Below are positions 24,141 to 36,243 of a stretch of 64,000 bases of DNA, one piece after another. A program made the position numbers and the translations under genes. Every line of letters begins with the position of its first letter. The first letter of the stretch is position 1. The notes below the pieces were generated by a model, which saw only the letters and a program-made list of their open reading frames with translations, was not told the origin of the DNA and ran no database searches. This DNA comes from Takakia lepidozioides. Its lineage: Eukaryota; Plantae; Bryophyta. The stretch lies in NCBI GenBank assembly GCA_030704615.1, contig CM060732.1, forward strand, positions 69,626,001-69,690,000, given 5' to 3'.

Positions 24141-26231
24141 ATGACAAACCATTGCAGCACGATTTGCATTTTGAAACGCAAAAGCAGTCACGGGCTGCGC
24201 CAGTGATACCAACGGGTATGGAGCACTTGTCGCTAAGCCGAGCGTATATGACCAGGGCGGGCAGTACAAGCGTGACACAGCCTATCACAGCCCATCACAA
24301 CGTGACACAGCCTACCGGGGTTACACAGTCCATAGGATTAGTGACAGTTGGACGTGGGTTAACATCCGGAGAGTGGCCGCGCGAAAAGTGGACGGGGTCA
24401 AAGCATGCTACGGTCCAACCCAAAATGGACGTCCCAAGCTCTCTGCGAATGCAGTGCCACATAGAAGGACTGACATGGATGTTGGATATAAGTGCATTTT
24501 GAAAGTTTAGACATGAATCATTGATCCTTATTCTGTGCTGAAAACAACGGTGGTTTTCTTTTTGGAATCCATGGAGATTTGAGCATTGAATGAAGTCCAA
24601 ACGTAAAAGTATGTATGATGTCCAAAGTAAGGTTGTGGACTATATGGAATCAATTGGAGTGGTGGAAAACTTCAATTCACATAGGGATTTTAATGTCCAG
24701 TAGGAAGGTCACCATTATATGTGGAAACCACAATGTAGCCCTAAGAATTAGTTTATGAGATATGTGAGAAATTTTCAAAATCTATCATTTTATCTTGGAA
24801 CATCCTAATTCATTAGACCTTCTTCCATTCATTTTCATGCTATGGTCCTTTCATAAGAAGTGTAGCTTCAAGACTCCCTAAGGCACTTTACAATGATATG
24901 GAGGTTTTTATGAAGGAATGAACTGCTTGATGATTTTTCATGAAAAGAGTTACATTGGTGTATATTTTGGAAAATCTAGAAAATAATGTAACATTCACAT
25001 AAGGGCAAAGGGGTTGCAGGAGACACTAAAGGTTGCTACGTATGCCATTTTGGTGAAAAAAACTAAGTCGTTCGAGCTGCCTACCGTGAGATATGGATTG
25101 CGCGGCTGCGTCTGCCATGGATGCTGCATGAAAAGCTTCAAGACAACAGTCTCGCGCATGGAGTGTGCGAGACGGCGGGTCACCCGTCGCCGGGTGGTCT
25201 GTCAACGTAGATTTTCAAAATGTCTGCGCGTTTGCAAGTGTGGCCCATACACCTTTGCCCTAATGGCCTAACGTTCTATTCGTGCTATCGATCTTCTTTC
25301 TCATATTTTTAAGTGTGCAGAGATAGCCATGCATGATATGCTTTCAGTTGTTATGTAATGCAGTAGAGCGCACAACAGCCTGGAACACGTTGGATACGGG
25401 GTGCGACACGGGCAGTATTGGCGTGCAACCTCGCCATTTCCTCCAGCATTCGGGTGTTTGGTTTTGCTCTTGTCGTACTCACTACGCACGCACATTCATA
25501 TGTCTATGTTGCTCACCTGAGTTCCAAGAAAGTGCCCTGTGTAGTATTTATGTGATACATGTGTGAGTTTTGGAGGTTGCAATCTTTGTATAGTGATAAC
25601 TAGCTGTAAGTGGTATTGTGTTTGCGTTTGTGAGGGTCACAATCTGAACCATATCAGCCCCATCTACTAGTTCAAGTCTTGGGTACGCAATCTGCTTGTA
25701 GGTTGCGTGCACTTCAATCGCAGTTACTTACAGCCTGCGCATTACCTCCATCTAGAATAATGTTAATCTTCCCTCAAGTTGAACATGAGTCAGAGGATGT
25801 ACTATGCGTTAGTTTGGATAGGTTCTCTATCCAGGGCTCCCGCCACCATAGCAATCTCATGCCTTATCGTGCTCATCCTGTTTTTGAGTGGGAACCCCTA
25901 CCGGCATATTGCATTGACTGCCCTATAGCAGGAGACTTGATTATATACAGGGTCCCTCTCAAGGTGCAATCCTTGGGGTTCAAAATGATGTTGTATTGTG
26001 ATGATATGCGATTTTCCTGCTGATGATATGCGTTCTTTGCTGCTGCTGCGTTTGGTGGAATTTGGGGGCTGCTATTTCATGAGCGGCATGAGCATGAGCG
26101 GAAAAAAAAAAAGCATGAGCAAACCATTGTAAGTCCACGGAAATAGGGTTAGGAGGCACGGAAATAGGGTCATGTGAAGTTGGAATGTGGCACCAGTGGA
26201 CTTGAAATGCAACATTTTATTGCATTACTTG

Positions 26232-26350
26232 CCGAAAATGGCTAAGTCCCAGATCTGACTGGGCCGGAACTGGAAAAATGGCGCCGAATTTTCGATTTTG
26301 GTGCCAGTCAGATTTGGGACTTGCCATTTTAGGCCGCGAACTAGAAAAAT

Positions 26351-26391
<41 letters not shown>

Positions 26392-26700
26392 CGGTGCCAT
26401 TTTACCAATTCGGGGCCGAAAATGGCTCAGTCCCAGATCTGACTGGCCCGGAACTGGAAAAATGGCGCCGAATTTCCGATTTTGGTGCCAGCCACCCTAG
26501 AAACTTAGCCATTTTCGGCCCCGAACTGGAAAAATGGCGTTTTTTTTTTTTTTCGGCGCCATTTTTCCAGTTCGGGCCGAAAATGGCTAAGTCCCAGATC
26601 TGACTGGGCCCAGAACTGGAAAAATGGGCCGAATTTCCGATTTTGGGTGCCAGTCAGATCTGGGACTTAGCCGTTTTCGGCCCCGAACTGGAAAAATATA
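26232..26700. repeat. Three ~160-185-bp tandem units, each internally palindromic, separated by poly-T tracts
   Basis: Unit CCGAAAATGGCTAAGTCCCAGATCTGACTGG..GGAACTGGAAAAATGGCGCCGAA..CCAGTCAGATCTGGGACTTAGCC..GGCCCCGAACTGGAAAAAT starts near 26232, 26416 and 26577. Confidence 0.85.
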
Positions 26701-28580
26701 GTTTTTTTTTGTTTTTTTTTGTTTTTTTTTCCAAGAGCCAACAAATCGTCTTAATTCATAGATTGATGGAATGTGACAAATAGGTATAAGCTAGAGGGCT
26801 ATGATCGCAATATTAAAGTTAATTCAGTGGACGAAGTCAAGGCACATTGCCAGATCCGCAAGACCAACCAAGAACATTTCCATATAGGTGATCATCATCT
26901 TTCATGTGCCATTTCTGCCTGCAAAGTGTGAGATGTGGAGAGGGGTGTGTGACTGTATCTATTGAGGGCTTTACCAGTTGTAACAGAGAAACAGATGAAA
27001 TATACTCTTAAGCCTGAGTCTGCCAGATAACCGGCAGTCTCTTCTCTTATCATAAAGGGTCAAAAGGCAGACAAATAGGTGGAGGGTCTGTCTAGGAAGT
27101 CATATGATCATCTTCTCATTTAGTGTGCCAATGCAAAGAGATTGTTCTGTCCATACATGAGGCAAAGTCCGCACATGTACATCAGACTCCAAACCATATC
27201 CAGTGTAGGAGTGAGGTGTAAACTACAATCCTTCTCTGCTTCAAAGGAACATGTCATTGCTGACAACAATATGCGGTTTGCTGTGCATTCTTGTTGTCTA
27301 TCTTCCAATCTAGGATTTGTCTCTTGTAATTGCCAGTTTCACCCTACCTGGAAGTGCTGTGGAATTAAGACTTGAAGATGCCTAAATTGGTAGTCAACGT
27401 CTTGGTTGAGACAGTGACAGTTCCAATTATTTCAGACAGTACTCGAACAGAAAAACAGTCATCAACAACAATCAACACTGAAACTATCCTGTTTCAGGGA
27501 AAAGCATGGAGATTGAAACAGTGAGAAGTGTACATTGGAATCAGAGTTTACAAAGCTAACATCATACCAAGAGTGACCAAACGTACCAAGAATAGACTGC
27601 TTCCCTTCCCCCTGAAAGTGTAAATCTCTCAGGAGACATCCTGTTCTATTGGGAGTACTCAGCAGCTTCGGTGGTTTGAAGCAGCCTGGGTGGGCATAGA
27701 ATCCACTGACTGATCATACACAGCTTACAACAATATACAACCACAGGCCCTATATGGGCACAAACCCAACTGCCTCTCAAATTGGAGACAAGGGTATAAC
27801 TCTTCCACTACCTCATCAAACAAGAGAGGACTAAAACAGGAAAAGGGCATAAAGAAACAAGAGGTAGAGAGGCAGTATTACTATAACAAGCTGCGAACAG
27901 GTTCGTTTTCTGGCACATAAGAAATGGCAGGCATGTGACAGATCAACATCTACACAGGTGCCAAAGGTCTAATCTAGCGAACCTTCCGGCGCCCTTCTTC
28001 CTGTCCAAGGCCAATTGACCTTCTTGCATTTTGAATACCCTTTGGATCTGCAGAATCATGTACCCAACAAGGTCATCAAACCTAATGTGGGTGTGTAATC
28101 TAGCTCATATACTAAAACTATGTGCAAATCTTAGATACATAAATCCAACAACTCATCTCACACAATCCTGTCAATCCAGCTCAGAAACACCAAAAGGGCC
28201 CATATCGCAAGACCCATGCAGCCACGACACTGATGAAGGCTTCATTTGGCCAACAGTATTGAGCACAATCTCTGTCTCTTACTGATTGCATAATTAATCC
28301 TGTAACAACCAGGAACCATTCGCTGAACGATTGAGCTGATCTACCTGCTTGCTGATAAGATAGGGGGGATTGAAAACTAACCAAAAAACTGGGTGAAAAT
28401 CCGAGTGAAGAAGCCCAAGTTGCGGGCTATGCTTTGCCCAAGTTGTGGGGGCAGAGGCTTGAGCAATGTGTCAAAGCTGAATACTCTCCTTATGAACTGC
28501 CCTCCCATCAGTGCAACCGAGTTATCAACAAAGTACCTATTCTTCTATTGTGACATATTCCTTACAAACCTTCAACTTCA

Positions 28581-29317
28581 CTAGCTCCTCCCATCAAACG
28601 TTCTTCTTTCAGTCGAAGCTCCTCCCACCTCCATGGTGGTCCCCACAGGAACTGCAGACCGCTGAAAAATGTGCAACATCTATCAAGAAGTCTGGCACTC
28701 AGGAGCCCATCTTTACTTTATCTATGTTCCCTTAGTTGGAATCCCTCTTGAGAGACAAAGATTCCTCATCGCATCTTCGAGTATGTCTGCTCTGGTTTGC
28801 TAAGCAAATTGGGGGTTCTGATGCTCATCTGTTCAGGTGAGGATCATTCACCCCATGTGTGGAGTGCAAGTCACTGTTGAATGTCCCATACATAATGCAG
28901 AACAATAGCCTATTTGGAGTCAATTGTGGGAATTGCGGGACGCTCTCTATACAAAATTCCAGTAGGAGCGATAACCCCCACAAAAGAGAGAAAGACAAGG
29001 GGGAGGAATAGGGATGCGAGCATCGACCCTTCTCTGTGAAAGGGGGATGTACCAAAGACGGGACAGAGAGGGGAACACCATACCTGAAAGTTCCTCTGAA
29101 ATGCAAGCTGCAAATCTTGGTCAAATTCGAACATATTCTCCTTCTCTGGCCTCGCAAGGTCTGACAGGCCCCTTTTTGCAACTGGCGGCGCATACATCGT
29201 GGAACCACGCCCAGGCTCTCTGGTAGCCTTCATTTTCAGATTTTCATACTTCTCCTTCTTCGCAGGGGCCGGCTGCCGCCATGGTGGGATTGTACCATTG
29301 TTGCTGCTGCTTGGCAT
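28581..29317 (-). CDS. Small hypothetical protein (~104 aa), 2 coding exons, head-to-head with RPL21
   Basis: Exons 29317-29084 (MPSSSNNGTIPPWRQP..MFEFDQDLQLAFQRNFQ, donor CAG|GTATGG) and 28661-28581 (acceptor TTTTTCAG|, RSAVPVG..DGRS*) join in phase 0. Probable 5'UTR intron ~29388-29716. Confidence 0.55.
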
Positions 29318-29799
29318 GATCAAAATTTGTAGGACAGATGATCAAGTGTGCCTTTAGTCTATAGGCCAACAGATCAATCACTTCAACCTGCACCCAATGA
29401 AAAAGGAACCCTCAGCTAATGACAGTCACGATGGTAAAATCTTAACCACCGCGGAACTCTACCCATAGTATTCCTACTGGCATACTGTATTCTTAAACTG
29501 GGACTTTCCAGTCTTTGGTTTCAAAGACCACCGCACAGAAAATCTCCACATATCATGACAAAAAACCTTAGTCCCTGCAGGTTAACAGTTGAAACCCCGG
29601 GCAAATTGTTCCATCTTGCCACATTCTACAACCACGAAAAAGCCTCCAAATCATTCCGCGAAAATTGAAATCAGACTAGTCAGGCTGTCCACAAAATGGT
29701 GTTAGAAAAACCGTACCCAAGGCCCTGCTCCAGCATCCTTCACGAGCTGCAGGAGATACAAGACAGATTGCTCACGAGGATCAGAGCGAACAAACCATC

Positions 29800-29960
29800 C
29801 GCCCGGAGTTCCGGAGCCTCCCCCGAGCCTTTCCCGCACCCAACCCTAAGCCAAACGAGATTCCTAACCTAGATACGAAAGCACGTGTCTCTTTCCAAGC
29901 CTCATCTGCCGAACCTATCCCGAACCTAGTATGGAGGGTATTGTGCCCTAATTGCGTGAC
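29800..29960. promoter_or_regulatory. Probable bidirectional promoter between the small gene and RPL21 (telo-box-like AACCCTAA, G-box CACGTG)
   Basis: AACCCTAA at ~29842 and CACGTG at 29882. Telo boxes are typical of plant ribosomal-protein promoters. Confidence 0.4.
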
Positions 29961-30015
29961 GACGAGTCTCTCTTCCTTTCTCGGAGCAGCGGCGGTGAGA
30001 GAGAAGGCAGGAGCC

Positions 30016-30719
30016 ATGCCGGCAGGTCATGGATTGCGATCGCGCACCAGGGATCTGTTCTCGCGGCCATTCAGGCAGAAGGGGTACATTCACTTGACCA
30101 CGTATCTGAGAAACTACAGGATTGGAGATTATGTGGACATCAAGGTGAATGGCGCTGTGCACAAGGGCATGCCCCACAAGTTCTACCATGGCCGCACTGG
30201 TATCGTCTGGAATGTCACCAAGCGGGCTGTTGGTGTAGTTGTTAACAAGCAGGTGGGGTGCTCTTATCTGTTCCCCCTTGTCGATATGGATATGGATTGT
30301 GGATATGCTTTGTTTTGCTTTGTCGATATGGATATGGGTTTTGTATATGCTTTGTGCGTACTGGGCGGGTTTGTGAGGATCCTTTGGAACAGAAGGAGCT
30401 ATAGTGGTGCAGACTGCTGCTGAATTTCGTCGGTACTCACAAAAGCTGGGTGATATTCCAGGTTGGTCCTAGGATCATTCGGAAGCGCATCCATGTGCGC
30501 GTCGAGCATGTCCAGCCGTCCCGCTGCCGTGAGGAGTTTATTGAGCGTCGCAAGAGTAACGACAAGCTGAAGGCTGAGGCCAAGGCTCGTGGGGAAACCG
30601 TTGTTACTAAACGGCAGCCACAAGGTCCCAAGGGTGGGTTTGTTCTGGATGCATCCACACTCGAGACTGTGACTCCCATTCCCTATGATGTTGTCAATGA
30701 TCTCAAAGGAGGCTATTAA
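30016..30719 (+). CDS. RPL21: 60S ribosomal protein L21 (eL21), 164 aa, 2 exons
   Basis: Exons 30016-30252 and 30462-30719 (GT-AG, phase 0) give [51 protein letters not shown]. Confidence 0.98.
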
Positions 30720-32149
30720 ATTAGGTCTCACAGGAGGTGTATGTTGTTATCATCTCATTCGACTACTCATATTGAAGAGTATGGTTTTAAGCAAGCAAGG
30801 ATTTCTCTTGTGTAAGCTCTTGATCTTTGCTTACTTGCTTTCTGATGGGTTTGGTAACAGTGATTTCCTCTCAGAGGGCTAGTATGGGGGTTTCTCAAGC
30901 TTCATTGTCTTCTCTTAGTGAGCAGTATCTTTTAGTCAAAGAGGCCCTGAATGATGGTGCACCTCAGCCAGAATGATCATCAAGTTTATTAGTGACATGT
31001 CAAAGATTCATTTTTCAATGTTAAAAGAACAAGCTAAGAAGTATGTCCCAGTCATAAGATACCAGAAAGTCCACACACCGACACACGTGGAATGCAATAA
31101 TTTAGACATGTTCAGTGTCTTATGACCCTGGTCTAGTTCTAAGACAATAGATCTAGTTCAAACCATGAAATCTTGCACAAGTGTGGACCTCACAGGCATC
31201 TCATCTACTCGATTTATGCTAGTCTTGATACACAATGCACGAGTATGAAATATGAACTTGCGAGGCACAAGAAATATCTGATGAGACATCCAGGAAGCGA
31301 CTAGTTTTGCTGGACTCAGGTAAGGTTTGACACTAGCGAGCAAACTACTGCCTGGGAGTATATGACAATTCAACATTCAATTTAATATTCAAGATTCAAT
31401 ATTCGTTTATACACGCACATCCTATGTTTATGTATATGACATATTTACTGTAGACCCCATTAAATGTTATGTACACCTTAAACCCTCTCCTCCTTTTCGA
31501 ACAATAGAGTTGGGGTGATGCTCTGGATTCCCTGAACTGTAGAAAAGTTCCAAGGTTGGATGGCTTATTACCGGTCTAGCGCCTAGGCTACATCCATTGT
31601 TAGCCAAAATTACACATCCTGAACAAACTGGCTTCCTTAAAGATCAAATGATCCTAGATAGCATCCTGCTGGGAAGTTGGGCTTTGTGCCAGGCTGAGAA
31701 ATCCAACCAACCCCTTGCACTGCTCATGCTGGATTTCGAAAAGGCCTTAGAGAACATTGAATGGTCTTATCTGTTGGGACCCATTCGCGACTCTGGCATT
31801 TCTGGAAACTTCCTCTCCTGGAGACATCCATTGCTGTCCTCTGCTTCTAGTAAGGCTATAGTTAATGGGTCTCTCTCTTGCTCCTTCCCTCTTTTACCGC
31901 ACTGTTCACTAAGGTTGCCCCCTGGCTCATTTCCTCTTTCCTCATAGCTGCCAATGGCCTGAGACATCTTCTGGAATCACAGAGGATATCTCTTGCCTCA
32001 AAATCCCTAGATCAATCCCTCCGCCACATCGCATGAAAGCATCCCTATGCGGCAGCGATACTGCTGTACTTTACTGATAATAGCTCTGGTCAAAACGGTG
32101 AAAGAACTCTTCAAGCCCTCTCCTGCTTTTGCACAGCTTCTGGGCTTAA

Positions 32150-33285
32150 CCCTTCAAGGACGAGGCAACCCGTATCGGGTCGGGTCGAAATTTCGATTGG
32201 ATGATAAATGCGCAGATCATGTCGGATGAAAACGATTCCTGAACGAAAAGTGTAGCCCGTAAATATTTACGGCCCCCTGTGTTGATCGCACCCTAAAAAA
32301 TCTAATCCCCCGCCGTCAGGATTTTTTGGAATCTGGAGGGGTTACCCAAAATCCTGTGGTTTTGGGCCCGTCAGCAGGTTGACTGGCAGACGTGGCAGGC
32401 AGGATTGGGGGGGGGGTGGGCGTTTGCCGGCAGCGGGTGACAGCGGGGGGCGGCATGTCCGCCCGTGCGGACAGCGGCGGACCCCCGGCACGCGCGAAAC
32501 GCCAGGCACGTGGCCCAATCAGGTGGCAGGTGGCGGAGTACCCTGGAAAAAAAAATTCCACATTCTAAGCTGTTTGTAGGCGAAGATTGCCAAAAAACCG
32601 AATCCCTACTTGAATCCCAGCTCCGGCCAAGAATTGCCGGAGCCGGTGGACATTACCGGCCAAAAAATCCGGCCACGTCATCACAAACCAAGGAAGTCAC
32701 GGGGCCCTCCACCCTGCGTTTCAGCGCTCTCCCTCCATGACCTGCCAACGGCCACCTGATTGGGCCACGCACCTAAACCCTACGCGGGTGAGAATCTCCC
32801 GCCCGGGTAGGTAGGCAAACAACAACATGACCAGAGGAATTTGGATTCCCTCACAAATTGCATCCCATGAGAGAAATTGGCATTTTGACCCCCCTGTTTT
32901 CCCATACAAAGCAACCATTATGCATTTTTGGAATTTGGCTCTGGAATTTTGGGAGGCTTTGCTGTGGGTGCCATATAATCTGAATCTGGGTAGGCTGTAT
33001 CAATGAAAAATAAAAAAGGTTGGCAATCTGCTTGGTCAAACCAAATTTTCATGTTGAAGATATATCCAACAAAAAAAAAAAAAAAAACCTAGAATTTTTG
33101 TTATAATCTTCCACTTTAGACGGTCAATTCTCCTGAAATTCTTACTTCAGGTGCATGAAGTAGGTAGGATGACTTTGGAACGGTTCATCCCCTTGGATGT
33201 TTGTCCAATGGGAGATACACCCTCATCCGTGAGGGTATGTCTGGTTTTAGAGGGGGCCACCAAAAACAGGCTCGTCCTTGAAGGG
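32150..33285. mobile_element. piggyBac-like non-autonomous element A (1136 bp)
   Basis: TTAA TSD (32146-32149 and 33286-33289); perfect 15-bp TIR CCCTTCAAGGACGAG / CTCGTCCTTGAAGGG; internal inverted repeat ~32505-32535 versus ~32741-32772; no ORF. Confidence 0.85.
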
Positions 33286-33331
33286 TTAACATCAATTGGA
33301 GGAAATCTATCTGATTACTGACCCGTCTTAA

Positions 33332-34479
33332 CCCTTAAGTGCCCAGACTCATTTTCACCCTCTCGTGGAAAAACATGACCCTGGCCCACAAAAACATTTT
33401 TATCTGGAAAATCTCTGTCCTGTAAAACTGACCGTTGGAATTACTTCCACCTACCCCACCTCCTGCCACAAAAAGTTTCATCAAATTCCAACCGCCAGAT
33501 CAGAAGATTATAAAGTGTAGAGTGTGGACAAAAAAAACTCTTCACTAAGAAATAGTTTCAAAAAAAGCAGTTTTTGGCTCGTATTTGGGCAGTTTTAATT
33601 TCTCTTTTTTTGAGAGTCTCAAGAATGCTGTACCATACCTGATAACACACACCCTCATAATTTCAAGTGGGCTCCTTTGTAGTGACAAATTGGGGGGTCA
33701 AAATATGCCATTTTCTTTGGGCAGGCCAAAATATCTCTTCCTAAAATTATACAAACAAATTCAGCTGTTCAATTCCTAATCCCACCGGTTGAAGTGTCAT
33801 GACCATCCATATGAGATCCCAAAAAAAGTTTGGGACCAATCGGTAATTGCCCTCACATCTTTAGGTTCCCTGCCCAAGACTTCAAATGGCACATCTATGT
33901 TATAGCCTGCAAGCCTAGGATATTTGGAGCCTTAGCCCAGAAGGGCACGGGGTTTGGGAGCTGACTACCGGGCCTGCTTTCATGGGGGCCACTCTCAAAC
34001 CCCTGCCCTAGGTTTGGCCCACCCCTCATGGCGTTGCCGCCATCGCGGCTGCACTCCCTCCAGCCCACCCTGCATGGCGTTGGCTGGAGCTGCCATCGTC
34101 ATCGATTCAGGCTAGGGCCCTGGCCTGGGAATGCCCAGACCTGCGCCCAGCGCCATGCCCCTGCGGGGCAATCAAGGGGTTTGGGGGAGCGTGCCGCCCT
34201 AACCTTTATGGGGTATCTTTCAGTCACCCTAACCTGACCGCAGTTGCCATGTCAGCAACTTGGGCAGGTTAGGGGGGCCAATTAGCTGAGTGTGCCCCCT
34301 TCCAATTGGTCTAGACCCATACCTTCAGGCATTGACCAATTGGCCAATGCCATATGAAGGGGGACCCGATTTTCTATCGATTGAGCCCAAAAAAGGCCCA
34401 ATCAGCCTTAACCACATGAAGTTATGGCTGGTTAAGCAAACCCAACCGACCCAGAATGGGTCGCTTGGGCACTTAAGGG
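33332..34479. mobile_element. piggyBac-like non-autonomous element B (1148 bp)
   Basis: TTAA TSD (33328-33331 and 34480-34483); perfect 14-bp TIR CCCTTAAGTGCCCA / TGGGCACTTAAGGG; internal sequence differs from element A. Confidence 0.85.
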
Positions 34480-35438
34480 TTAAGCAGCCTCACCTGGCAG
34501 CTCATTGTCTTGTGGGGAAACACCTTAGGCCTAGATTTTTGATTGATATTGTTGGGTGGCCCACCCCCCAAAGAGGACAATAGCCGCAAGGCGAAGTGGG
34601 CTTGTAGTTACCGGCCGGCCTCGGCTGGAGTCTTCTCTCTCTCTCTCTTTGGGTGTACATTCTCACATGTTCATGCTCCCTTATTGTGGAGGTAGTGGGT
34701 TTAATCCATAATTTTACAAGAGAAGCCATAAATTTACGTCTTGTGACAAGAAATCAAATTTATGTTCTACATCATTGCATGGCCCTCAGGGCAACTTACA
34801 CTCTAAAGAGGACTACGCATTAATGTCAAAAATCTCTAAGTTCCTGTTGTGCCTTTCCCAGGTGTCACTGAAAACTACTTCCATGATGTGCCTTCTCCAG
34901 TAACACCTACCTTCTATAACATTTTTGTTGTGGAACAACCTATGAAAAATAAATGGATGAATTTTCAAGTCCAATATGGATGAAAATAGATTCCACTATA
35001 CACAAAGAGGAGCCATGTGCAACTAGTAGCTTGTTACTTACCAAAAGTAGGGCTCTCTTGCCTCCCAATAATAGTCTCGAGCTAATGATCTATTTGCTCA
35101 AGTGATTTTGGCATATAAGGGTGCCTTTCTATGTACACCACAGCCACCCTAAGGGAGTGTTCAACTCACACACTCACCCATTACCATAACCCACTAAAAA
35201 AGTGTCATACACTAGTATGGGTTAAACCAATCCATCCGTTGGAGGGATGGAGACCATCCACCCACTATTTCCTAATGGCCACCGAGTTACAATGGATTCA
35301 TGGTGAGTAGGTGTGATGCAAGGTTCTAATTCAGAACATAGACTTTACTTTCTTCTCCGCTGAAGAGCTGATTTAGGGATAGGATAGCTTCCTGATAGGC
35401 TTAGGATCTATTGTCAAGGACACATACAATGCTATGGT

Positions 35439-36243
35439 CAGTGTTGTGCAGGTTCTGTCTTTTTAAGGAACCCGCCGAGTCCGGGTGCGGGTTTTTTTTG
35501 AGAACCAAGTCCGGGTCCGGATCCGGGTTTTTGAAATTTGGAAAATCCGGGTCCGGGTCCGGGTTTGTCAACACGGACTCGGGTTAAGGTCCGGGTAGTT
35601 GTTGGGAAATTAGTTGTTGGGAAATATCAACGGGTTCACGGGCTCTGATCCCGGTCCTAATTTATTGATTAAATAAATTAAAAAAACAAGATTAATTAGA
35701 GATTAAAAAAAAATTGGCTATTTTTTTTAAAAAATCCTAATAATGAATTTTATTTTAAGAGACATCCCTTCAATATATATCATGAATATGAATATGTATA
35801 CCATGAATAAGAATTAAAATAGAAGTTTGAGTTCCATTTTCTATTTTTCAATATCAATTCTTTAAACATGTTAAGAATAGTAATATGCTTCAAGGGTAGA
35901 TATCACTATAGCATGGATGTGTGGGATCTGGCCTAATAATAATACATGAGGTCTCCTTTGGGAGGTGTAAATTATGGTCCCATAGGGCACAACTTTGTGA
36001 CACCACTCTGTGGATTGAACCCACTGGGCTACAACGTGGTGGGGCCGGCTGCTGCACTGGCCTATTGCTGCCCGTCCCCTCCACACATATGACAAAACCT
36101 ACCAGATCCAAGGTGGACCCCGCATGCCCCATCTCAAATTAAGACCCGGTCCCCAATCCGGGATTTTTGTGATAGCACGGGTCCCCAGGTAACCCAGATC
36201 CTAACCCGCCGGGTACCCGGCTCCAAAACCCTGCACAACACTT
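35439..36243. mobile_element. hAT-like MITE (~800 bp)
   Basis: TIR CAGTGTTGTGCAGG / CCTGCACAACACT; clusters of CCGGGT/ACCCGG subterminal motifs at both ends; AT-rich core. No 8-bp TSD recognisable. Confidence 0.6.

Larger units (their letters stand above)
31570..34540 (+). mobile_element. L1-type LINE reverse-transcriptase remnant, split by two TTAA-flanked insertions
   Basis: ITHPEQTGFLKDQMILDSILL..MLDFEKALENIEWSYL..IVNGSLS. Removing insertion 32150-33285 and one TTAA restores CTASGLNINWRKS, the canonical L1 RT SGL.IN..KS motif. Confidence 0.8.

Noticed and set aside
26232-26700. CRISPR-like array
   Set aside because: Units are ~170 bp and fully repeated with no unique spacers; no cas genes; eukaryotic context.
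34555-34650. Possible fourth TC-associated LINE 3' end (CAATAGCCGCAAGGC.. followed by (TC)n)
   Set aside because: Similarity to the family is only ~15 nt, it lacks the GAGTACA terminus, and no TSD was found.
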